Shown here in pieces: positions 25,969 through 32,000 of a DNA stretch of 32,000 nucleotides (its first letter is position 1; each line of letters opens with the position of its first letter). The position numbers and the translations under genes were made by a program. The DNA lies in contig CAZKBG010000001.1 of NCBI GenBank assembly GCA_964551375.1, positions 897,329-929,328 on the forward strand. Reading direction: 5' to 3'. This stretch comes from an uncultured archaeon (lineage in GTDB: Archaea; Iainarchaeota; Iainarchaeia; Iainarchaeales; JAAZKV01). The notes below the pieces were generated by a model. The model made no database searches. It was given only the letters and a program-made list of their open reading frames with translations, and was not told where the DNA came from.

Positions 25969-26370
25969 ATGGCAGCAATAACAAAAGAATTGACATTTAG
26001 AGGAAAGAAGCTTCCTGAGCTTCAAGCGCTAAGCGTTGCAGAATTCGCAAAGCTATGCACTTCAAGAGCAAGAAAATCACTGCTAAAAAACGGCGTGAAC
26101 AAGAAGATGCTAAAAAAAGTTGAAGCATTCAAGAAAAACCCAAAAGCAAAAGCAATTAGAACACACAGAAGAGACTGGGTAATAGTGCCAGCAATGATAG
26201 GCGCAAAATTCGCAGTGCACAAAGGAAAAGAATTTGAAAGCATCGAAATTACAGTTAAAATGTTAGGACATTACTTAGGAGAATTTGCATTAACAAGAAA
26301 GAAATTACAGCACGGAAAAGCAGGAATCGGAGCAACAAAGAGCTCGACTGCAGTAACCGCAAGAGGATAA
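25969..26370 (+). CDS. rps19: 30S ribosomal protein S19 (uS19)
   Basis: IRTHRRDWVIVPAMIGAKFAVHKGKEFESIEITVKMLGHYLGEFALTRK. GGTGA lies 5 nt upstream of the ATG. Confidence 0.95.
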   Translation: MAAITKELTFRGKKLPELQALSVAEFAKLCTSRARKSLLKNGVNKKMLKKVEAFKKNPKAKAIRTHRRDWVIVPAMIGAKFAVHKGKEFESIEITVKMLGHYLGEFALTRKKLQHGKAGIGATKSSTAVTARG

Positions 26371-26399
26371 AATTAGGATAAAATTTATTGGTGAAGAAA

Positions 26400-26870
26400 A
26401 TGGCGAAAAGCAATTACCAGGCAGAAGTTGGAAAAGCAAGCAAGACTGCAAGAGCAAAAATAAACAATGCTCCAATCTCAGTTAAATACTCTACTGAAAT
26501 CTGCAACAAAATAAAGACACGAAGAGTGAATGAGGTAATTGAATGGCTGAACAGAATCGAAGCCCACGAAGAATTCCTTCCGCTTAACAAATACCACAAG
26601 AAAGTTGCCCACAGAAAGGGAGACTCAAAGAGCGGAGAAAAAGCGGGAAGATTCCCTGAAAAAGTAGCAAGAGAATTTGTTAAATTACTTGAACTTGCAA
26701 AGTCAAACGCGGACTTCAAGGGATTTGACGCTGAAAAATTAATGATTATCCACGCATTCGCAAATATGGGGATGAACAGATACAGCTACCAGTCAAAAGG
26801 AAAAATAGCTGGAAAAGCAAGAAGAAGAAACGCGACAAACATAGAAGTAATCGTGCAGGAAGCAAAATAA
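26400..26870 (+). CDS. rpl22: 50S ribosomal protein L22 (uL22)
   Basis: ARAKINNAPISVKYSTEICNKIKTRRVNEVIEWL...PLNKYHKKVAHRKG...GRFPEKVAREF...IIHAFANMG. I prefer ATG 26400 (GGTGA at 26389-26393) over the ORF-track TTG 26388. Confidence 0.92.
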   Translation: MAKSNYQAEVGKASKTARAKINNAPISVKYSTEICNKIKTRRVNEVIEWLNRIEAHEEFLPLNKYHKKVAHRKGDSKSGEKAGRFPEKVAREFVKLLELAKSNADFKGFDAEKLMIIHAFANMGMNRYSYQSKGKIAGKARRRNATNIEVIVQEAK

Positions 26871-26900
26871 ATTTGGAGAATGAAATTTACAGGTGTCACA

Positions 26901-27788
26901 ATGATTGAACGAACATTCATACAAAAAAGTTTCAATAAAATGGAACTTGAAGAATACTTAACAAAGAAACTTGATAGAGCAGGCTTTTCGCACTTAGAAA
27001 TAATCAAGACACCTCTTGTAACAAGAATAGTTCTTTACGTTGCAAAGCCAGGGCTAGCAATCGGAAAAGGCGGATCGACTATAAAATTACTAACTGACAT
27101 TGTTGCAAAGAAATACAAAATAGACAATCCGCAGATTGAAATACAGGAAATAAAAAACCCTAACTTAAACGCTAAAATCCTTGCAGAAAGAATGGCTGGG
27201 ATGATACAGAGAGAATTCTCATGGAGAAGCATTGCATACAAATTAGTAAAAGATGTAATCGACTCTGGAGCCCAAGGAGTTGAACTTGTAGTTAAAGGAA
27301 AATTATCCGGAAAAGGCGGAAGAAAGAAAAAAGTAAGAATTGCATACGGATACATGAAGAAGCTTGGAGCACAGACTAAATGGGTTGACTCAGCAAAAGC
27401 AGCAGCATATCCAAAAGCTGGAGCAATAGGAATCAGACTGATGATAATACATCCTGATGTAATCTTCCCTGATAAAGTTGACGCTAAAAAAACAATTACA
27501 AAAATGAAAGCATCACAGATTGAAGCAAAAGAACAGCTTGAAAAGAAAGAAGCAAAAGCTGAAGTAACTGCTGAAGTTAAAACTGAAGCAAAAGTTGAAG
27601 CTAAGGCTGAAGTAAAAGCAGAAGCAAAAGCAGAAGAAAAGAAGGAAGCAAAACACGAACACAAAGAAGCTAAAAAAGAAGTTAAGCACGAACACAAGGA
27701 AGCAAAGAAGGAAGTAAAACACGAAGCAAAGGCAGAAGCGAAATCAGCTGAAGCAAAGTCAGATCCAGTGGCAGAGGAAAAGAAGTAA
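26901..27788 (+). CDS. rps3: 30S ribosomal protein S3 (uS3) with a ~100-aa Lys/Glu/Ala/His-rich C-terminal tail
   Basis: The N-terminal MIERTFIQ, the KH motif KPGLAIGKGGSTIKLLTD and GVELVVKGKLSGKGGRKKK are typical. I prefer ATG 26901 (AGGTG 5 nt upstream) over ATG 26880. The tail occupies nt 27480-27785. Confidence 0.92.
   Translation: MIERTFIQKSFNKMELEEYLTKKLDRAGFSHLEIIKTPLVTRIVLYVAKPGLAIGKGGSTIKLLTDIVAKKYKIDNPQIEIQEIKNPNLNAKILAERMAGMIQREFSWRSIAYKLVKDVIDSGAQGVELVVKGKLSGKGGRKKKVRIAYGYMKKLGAQTKWVDSAKAAAYPKAGAIGIRLMIIHPDVIFPDKVDAKKTITKMKASQIEAKEQLEKKEAKAEVTAEVKTEAKVEAKAEVKAEAKAEEKKEAKHEHKEAKKEVKHEHKEAKKEVKHEAKAEAKSAEAKSDPVAEEKK
27654..27730 (+). repeat. 33-nt in-frame tandem repeat (about 2.2 copies) encoding HEHKEAKKEVK in the S3 tail
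   Basis: Unit 1 (27654-27686) and unit 2 (27687-27719) encode identical peptides but differ at six third-codon positions. A third copy starts at 27720 (HE) and then diverges. Confidence 0.8.
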
Positions 27789-27814
27789 GTTTGAAAATTT
27801 GAAAAGGGATATTT

Positions 27815-28027
27815 ATGACAAAAAAGCACCAGGAATTATTAAAAATGACTGAGAATGAGCTTAACGCTAGAGCCATAGAGCTAAAGCAGGACCTTGCAAA
27901 AGAAAGAGCGACAGTTGCAAGCGGAACAAGAAGCGAAAAACCTGGAAAAATAAGAAAAATACGAAGAGAAATAGCAAGAATACTTACCGCAATGAATGCA
28001 AAGAAAAAAAAGGGGGAAAGGAAGTAA
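27815..28027 (+). CDS. rpl29: 50S ribosomal protein L29 (uL29)
   Basis: 70 aa. LLKMTENELNARAIELKQDLAKERA...IRKIRREIARILT is the L29 helical hairpin pattern. It sits after rps3. Confidence 0.9.
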   Translation: MTKKHQELLKMTENELNARAIELKQDLAKERATVASGTRSEKPGKIRKIRREIARILTAMNAKKKKGERK

Positions 28028-28336
28028 ATGCAAGAAATTGACAAGATCAGCGGATTACCAAAGGATTTGTTTGACATTAGCAATATTGCTAAAGAACAGC
28101 AAAAAATCAAGGTTGATGTAATAAGGAGAAAATTCTCCAAATTCGTAACACTGGTAACAGGAATTGATGACAAAGACACAGTAAAAGAACTTGGAAAAGA
28201 AATGAAACAAAAATTTGCATGTGGCGGAACAGTAAAAGACAATGAAATTGAATTACAAGGGAAACACAAAAATAAGGTTGTAGAATTTTTGATTAAAAAA
28301 GGTTATAAGAAAGAATTAATCGAAGCAAGAGGATGA
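28028..28336 (+). CDS. translation initiation factor SUI1 (aSUI1/eIF1 homologue)
   Basis: 102 aa with KIKVDVIRRKFSKFVTLVTGI and KFACGGTVKDNEIELQGKHKNKVVEFLIKKGY. The ATG abuts the rpl29 TAA. Confidence 0.9.
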   Translation: MQEIDKISGLPKDLFDISNIAKEQQKIKVDVIRRKFSKFVTLVTGIDDKDTVKELGKEMKQKFACGGTVKDNEIELQGKHKNKVVEFLIKKGYKKELIEARG

Positions 28337-28346
28337 AAGTGGGAGG

Positions 28347-28649
28347 ATGATAAAGGAAAAAAAATACGAGATCACAAAGGAAAACCTATCGGCGCACGAA
28401 TTAATCGGCCTGAAGGTGAAAGTGATCAAAAGCAGCGACAATGCAAGGATTGGAATAAGCGGAATTATCGTTGATGAAACGCAAAATACGCTAAAAATCC
28501 AAGGCAAGCACAACGGCAAACAAAAAGAATTTATCATACCGAAAAAAGAATGTGAATTTGAATTTGAAATTGGAGATGAAAAGGTTATAATTAAAGGAAA
28601 TGAGATTGCAAAAAGACCGCAAGATCGAACAAAGGATTGGAGGAATTAA
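28347..28649 (+). CDS. rnp1: RNase P protein component 1 (Rpp29/Pop4 homologue)
   Basis: HELIGLKVKVIKSSDNARIGISGIIVDETQNTLKI matches the Rpp29 Sm-like barrel signature. It holds the canonical position before rps17. Confidence 0.88.
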   Translation: MIKEKKYEITKENLSAHELIGLKVKVIKSSDNARIGISGIIVDETQNTLKIQGKHNGKQKEFIIPKKECEFEFEIGDEKVIIKGNEIAKRPQDRTKDWRN

Positions 28650-28987
28650 TGATGGCTGAAAAGAAACCAAAGACAGAAAAGAAAAAGTCACAAGAGACAG
28701 TAATGCAAATGAAAAGAGAAGAAACTAAATTCCCGATTCGCGGAAACATATTCGAAGGAAGAGTAATCTCGGCAAAAGCAAACAAGACAGTTACAGTTGA
28801 AAGACAATTGACTCAGTACATAGCAAAGTACGAAAGGTACAAAAAAATCAGATCAAGAATTAAAGCGCACAACCCTGAAAGCATAAACGCAAAAGAAGGG
28901 GACTGGGTAAGAGCAGGAGAAACAAGAAGAATCTCAAAAACAAAGTCATTTGTAGTAATGGAAGTAATCAAGGGGCAGAGACAGTAA
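28649..28987 (+). CDS. rps17: 30S ribosomal protein S17 (uS17)
   Basis: GNIFEGRVISAKANKTVTVERQLTQYIAKYERYKKIRSRIKAHNP...GDWVRAGETRRISKTKSFVV. ATG 28649 overlaps the rnp1 stop (TAATG), with GGAGG at 28639-28643. ATG 28652 is the alternative. Confidence 0.92.
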   Translation: MMAEKKPKTEKKKSQETVMQMKREETKFPIRGNIFEGRVISAKANKTVTVERQLTQYIAKYERYKKIRSRIKAHNPESINAKEGDWVRAGETRRISKTKSFVVMEVIKGQRQ

Positions 28988-29010
28988 GAGAATAAAATTT
29001 ATCGGTGATT

Positions 29011-29412
29011 ATGATGAGAGCAATGAGTATACTAAACAACAAAGGATTAACTCTACACAGCAGAATACTCTGCGCGGACAACTCAGGCGCAAAAGAAGTT
29101 GACATAATCTCAGTATTCGGATACAAGAGCAGGAAGAAACAGTACCCGGCTGCAGGAATAGGCGGACTTGTTAACGTTGTAGTTAAGAAAGGAAAGCCAG
29201 AAATGAAGGGAAAGATTGAAAGAGCTGTAATCATAAGAACAAGACAGCAGTTCAGACGCCCAAACGGAATGAGAGTTAAATTTGACGACAACGCAGTTGT
29301 TTTAGTTGATGAAGAAGGACTTCCAAAAGCATCAGAAATAAAAGGATGCGTAGCAAAGGAAGTAGGCGAAAGATTCCCAAAAGTTGCGGGACTAGCGCCA
29401 ATGGTAGTTTAA
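29011..29412 (+). CDS. rpl14: 50S ribosomal protein L14 (uL14)
   Basis: LHSRILCADNSGAKEVDIISV...VVVKKGKPEMKGKIERAVIIRTRQQFRRPNG..FDDNAVVLV. GGTGA at 29004-29008 favours ATG 29011 over the ORF-track GTG 29005. Confidence 0.94.
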   Translation: MMRAMSILNNKGLTLHSRILCADNSGAKEVDIISVFGYKSRKKQYPAAGIGGLVNVVVKKGKPEMKGKIERAVIIRTRQQFRRPNGMRVKFDDNAVVLVDEEGLPKASEIKGCVAKEVGERFPKVAGLAPMVV

Positions 29413-29444
29413 ATTTAGAAATGGATGATTGAAAAGGTGAAAAG

Positions 29445-29801
29445 ATGAGCAAGAAACCAAGCAAGTCAAGGAAGCAGATGTACAACATGCCGATGCATAA
29501 AGTAGCAAAAGCAATGGCTGCGCATTTGAGCGAAAAGTTGGCAAAAGAGCTTGGAAAGAGATCAATCAGCCTGAGAAAAAATGACGTTGTTAAAATCATG
29601 CGAGGAGAATTTGCTGGAAAAGAAGGCAAAATAAAATCAGTTGAAAGAAAATCAAGAAAAGTTTTCATTGAAAAAATTGTTAAGAAGAAATCAAACGGAG
29701 CAGAAAGAGACGTTCCAATTGATTCATCAAATGTATTAATAGTTGACATTGACAGAACAGACAGAAAGAGATTTGCAAGCAAAAAGGAGGCGAAAGAATG
29801 A
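29445..29801 (+). CDS. rpl24: 50S ribosomal protein L24 (uL24)
   Basis: The KOW motif LRKNDVVKIMRGEFAGKEGKIKSV. GGTGA lies 4 nt upstream. The stop overlaps the rps4e start (ATGA). Confidence 0.93.
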   Translation: MSKKPSKSRKQMYNMPMHKVAKAMAAHLSEKLAKELGKRSISLRKNDVVKIMRGEFAGKEGKIKSVERKSRKVFIEKIVKKKSNGAERDVPIDSSNVLIVDIDRTDRKRFASKKEAKE

Positions 29802-30508
29802 GCACTAAAGGAGAAAGCAAGAGATCAAAAGCAATCAGCATGCCAAAACAGATAAACATGGGAAGAAAAGGAAACTACTGGACAATAAGAGCTAAATCAG
29901 GCCCTCACAACAAAGAAACAGCGATGGCTTTAGGCTTAATAATTCGAGATTTCGCAAAAGTAGCAACTACGCTAAAAGAAGCAAAAGAAATTTTAAACAA
30001 CGGAGAAGTAAAGGTAAACGGAATAGTTCGAAACGAACACCAGTTCCCTGTTGGATTATTTGATATTGTATCAATAGAAAAGCAGAAATTATTTTTCAGA
30101 ATAATGCTTGACGACAAAGAGAGATTATTGGTAAAATTGCTGGATAAAAACAGCATGGAAAAAATAAGCAAAGTTTCATCAAAGATAATGACAAGCGACG
30201 GAATCCAAATAACAACAAACGATGGAAGAGTATACACGGGAATAAAAGCAAACGTAGGGGATTCGCTAAAAATTAAACTGCCTGAAGGAAAGGTTGAAGA
30301 AGTTCTTGAATTCAAGGACGGCTCTACAGCTTATCTTACAAAAGGAGCTCACTGCTCTGAACTGGCAACAGTAAAAGGAATAATTGAAGGAACAGCAAGA
30401 AGAGCAAAGCTTGTGAAACTTTCAAATGGAAAAGAAGATTTTGAAACAATAGCGGAAAATGTTTTCATAATCGGAAAAAATAAAGCAGCTCTAGCGGAGA
30501 TGCACTAA
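29798..30508 (+). CDS. rps4e: 30S ribosomal protein S4e (eS4)
   Basis: 236 aa with GPHNKETAMALGLIIRD, GEVKVNGIVRNEHQFPVGLFDIVSI and KOW-like regions. This protein is specific to archaea and eukaryotes. Confidence 0.92.
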   Translation: MSTKGESKRSKAISMPKQINMGRKGNYWTIRAKSGPHNKETAMALGLIIRDFAKVATTLKEAKEILNNGEVKVNGIVRNEHQFPVGLFDIVSIEKQKLFFRIMLDDKERLLVKLLDKNSMEKISKVSSKIMTSDGIQITTNDGRVYTGIKANVGDSLKIKLPEGKVEEVLEFKDGSTAYLTKGAHCSELATVKGIIEGTARRAKLVKLSNGKEDFETIAENVFIIGKNKAALAEMH

Positions 30509-30552
30509 ACAAAAGGACAAATGAAGAGGAAAATTGGATTTAAGTGAGTGTT

Positions 30553-31047
30553 ATGCAGGAAGTATTGTTGGATAAAGTTGTAGTAAATATGGGCGTAGGT
30601 TCTGAGCCCGAAGACATGAAGAAAGGCACATTGATAATGCAGTTAATCACTGGAATGAAGCCTGCTCAGACAATATCCCAAGCAAGAATACCTGACTGGG
30701 GACTAAGACCAGGAATTCCAATAGGAATAAAAGTAACGCTAAGGGACGAAAAAGCAATGGCATTTTTGAAAAAAGCATTCATAGCAAAGTCAAACAAGTT
30801 AGCTGAAAAAAGCTTTGACAAAGCGGGAAACTTTGGATTTGGAGTAAGAGAATATATTGACCTTCCTGACGCAAAGTATGACCCAAAACTTGGAATAAAA
30901 GGATTTGATGTTTTAGTATCACTGAAGAAAAAAGGATACAGAGTAAAACTAAGAGCGCTTAAGACAACAAAAGTAGGCGCAAAACAGAAGATTACAAAAG
31001 CGGAAGCAGTTCAATTCGTAAAAGACATGGGAATTGAGGTTGAATAA
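30553..31047 (+). CDS. rpl5: 50S ribosomal protein L5 (uL5)
   Basis: LDKVVVNMGVGSEPEDM..., WGLRPGIPIGIKVTLRDEKA, NFGFGVREYIDLPDAKYDPKLGIKGFDV. I prefer ATG 30553. The ORF track starts at GTG 30544. Confidence 0.9.
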   Translation: MQEVLLDKVVVNMGVGSEPEDMKKGTLIMQLITGMKPAQTISQARIPDWGLRPGIPIGIKVTLRDEKAMAFLKKAFIAKSNKLAEKSFDKAGNFGFGVREYIDLPDAKYDPKLGIKGFDVLVSLKKKGYRVKLRALKTTKVGAKQKITKAEAVQFVKDMGIEVE

Positions 31048-31063
31048 TTATTTTAAGAGGCAG

Positions 31064-31270
31064 ATGAATATGGTAGACTTTGAAGCAAAGGCTGTTCTTG
31101 TAAAGAGGAAGCAGAAATCAAAAAATGACAAGATGAAGAAAAGAACGCCTGGCGAAAGAGAATGCAAAATATGCGGAACAAGAAAAGGCATGATAAGAAA
31201 GTACAAAATGGGTATTTGCAGAAGATGCTTCAAAGAAAGAGCTAACGATTTAGGTTGGGAGAAATACTGA
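31064..31270 (+). CDS. rps14: 30S ribosomal protein S14 (uS14, zinc-ribbon type)
   Basis: CKICGTRKGMIRKYKMGICRRCFKERANDLGWEKY (CxxC...CxxC). The start is ATG 31064 or ATG 31070, with GAGG at 31057-31060. The ORF track's TTG 31034 overlaps rpl5 and is unlikely. Confidence 0.88.
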   Translation: MNMVDFEAKAVLVKRKQKSKNDKMKKRTPGERECKICGTRKGMIRKYKMGICRRCFKERANDLGWEKY

Positions 31271-31279
31271 GGTGATGAA

Positions 31280-31672
31280 ATGGCACAACAAGATCCAATA
31301 GTTGACGCACTCGCGAAGATAAGAAATTCAGAAGTGGCATCAAAGACAGAATGCACAGTTAAACCTGCCTCAAATTTCTTAGGCGACATACTGAAGATAG
31401 CAAAAGACAACGGTTACATTAACGACTACAAAAAAGAAGACGCAAACGGAATAATTTCATTTAATATACAATTAAGCGGAAAGATGAACGAATGCAAGGC
31501 AATAAAACCAAGATACGCTGTTAAGAAAACAGAGTTTGAAAAATACGAAAAAAGATACCTTCCTGCAAGAGATGTTGGACTATTAGTAGTATCAACTTCG
31601 CAAGGGTTAATGACTCACGCAGAAGCAAAGTCAAAGAAACTCGGAGGAAGACTAATTGCATTCATGTATTAA
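31280..31672 (+). CDS. rps8: 30S ribosomal protein S8 (uS8)
   Basis: DPIVDALAKIRNSEVASK...GYINDYKK...KPRYAV...LLVVSTSQGLMTHAEAKSKKLGGRLIAFMY. GGTGAT lies 3 nt upstream of the ATG. Confidence 0.95.
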   Translation: MAQQDPIVDALAKIRNSEVASKTECTVKPASNFLGDILKIAKDNGYINDYKKEDANGIISFNIQLSGKMNECKAIKPRYAVKKTEFEKYEKRYLPARDVGLLVVSTSQGLMTHAEAKSKKLGGRLIAFMY

Positions 31673-31702
31673 TGAACTTGCAAAAAACAATAGGTGATAA
31701 TT

Positions 31703-32000
31703 ATGGCTGGAACAATGATAAAGACAATAAAACTGCCAAGCGAAATACACGCAAGTCTTGAGGAAGGGCACTTGACTCTAAAAGGGCCTAAAGGAAGCCT
31801 GACAAGAGAATTCAAAAACTACAGACTAAAAGTTACAGCCCATGGAAATGAGGTTAAAATTGAAGGAACTCCAAACAACAAGCAGACATTAGTATTAATC
31901 GAAACACTTACAGCGCACATTAGAAACATGGTTGAAGGATTAATTTACGGTTACAAATACCAGTTGAAAGTTGTTTACTCGCACTTCCCAATGTCACTAG
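31703..32000 (+). CDS. rpl6: 50S ribosomal protein L6 (uL6), 3'-truncated by the window edge
   Basis: ATG 31703 follows GGTGAT (31693-31698). The translation MAGTMIKTIKLPSEIHASLEEGHLTLKGPKGSLTREF...LIYGYKYQLKVVYSHFPMSL matches L6, and the frame stays open to the end of the window. Confidence 0.9.
   Translation, partial: MAGTMIKTIKLPSEIHASLEEGHLTLKGPKGSLTREFKNYRLKVTAHGNEVKIEGTPNNKQTLVLIETLTAHIRNMVEGLIYGYKYQLKVVYSHFPMSL

Noticed and set aside
27035-27829. A 264-aa minus-strand ORF, plus the nested ORF 27513-27722, antisense to rps3 and its tail.
   Set aside because: It is a shadow ORF. The plus strand encodes an unmistakable S3. The purine-rich GAA/GCA/AAA codons give a stop-free complement (F/S/C-rich nonsense). 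It has no Shine-Dalgarno sequence and no recognisable motif.

Overview
This is an AT-rich archaeal chromosome segment dominated by the core transcription and translation clusters. On the plus strand it carries the 3' part of RNA polymerase subunit A'', then rpl30e and nusA. These are followed by rps12, rps7 and aEF-2, then aEF-1alpha and rps10. From 22.7 kb to the window edge there is an unbroken operon: rpl3-rpl4-rpl23-rpl2-rps19-rpl22-rps3-rpl29-SUI1-RNase P Rpp29-rps17-rpl14-rpl24-rps4e-rpl5-rps14-rps8-rpl6 (partial). L30e, S4e, aEF-2, SUI1, Rpp29 and archease/RtcB make the archaeal assignment firm. A small-genome, DPANN-like lineage is only a guess. Three accessory segments interrupt the conserved clusters. 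(i) 1986-4185, minus strand: a Ser hydrolase, an AlaX-type editing protein and a Fic-like protein with a degenerate active-site motif. (ii) 8013-9516, minus strand: an amidohydrolase and an orphan basic protein. (iii) 11.5-22.5 kb: ferritin, a 1500-aa GG[LI]xG-repeat giant secreted protein, a CDA-fold guanine deaminase, archease plus RtcB, a roughly 7-TM protein and a sequon-rich type I surface protein. I saw no rRNA, tRNA, CRISPR array, transposase or integrase. Most genes have a GGTGA(T)-type Shine-Dalgarno 3-9 nt upstream of the start, and several gene ends carry a perfect hairpin plus a T tract. I did not recognise a multi-gene defence or mobile system. The best novelty candidates are: (1) Lys/Ala/Glu-rich extensions on S7, L4, L23 and S3, three of which (S7, L4, S3) share the word EAKVEAK; (2) the giant solenoid-like protein with four ~246-250-aa super-repeats; (3) its signal peptide lying upstream of any canonical start codon, with a T5 run that would restore a TTG start if it were T6; (4) the pseudo-Fic/AlaX-variant operon; (5) the orphan 200-aa protein. 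Minus-strand ORFs overlapping the r-protein and EF genes are treated as shadow ORFs.
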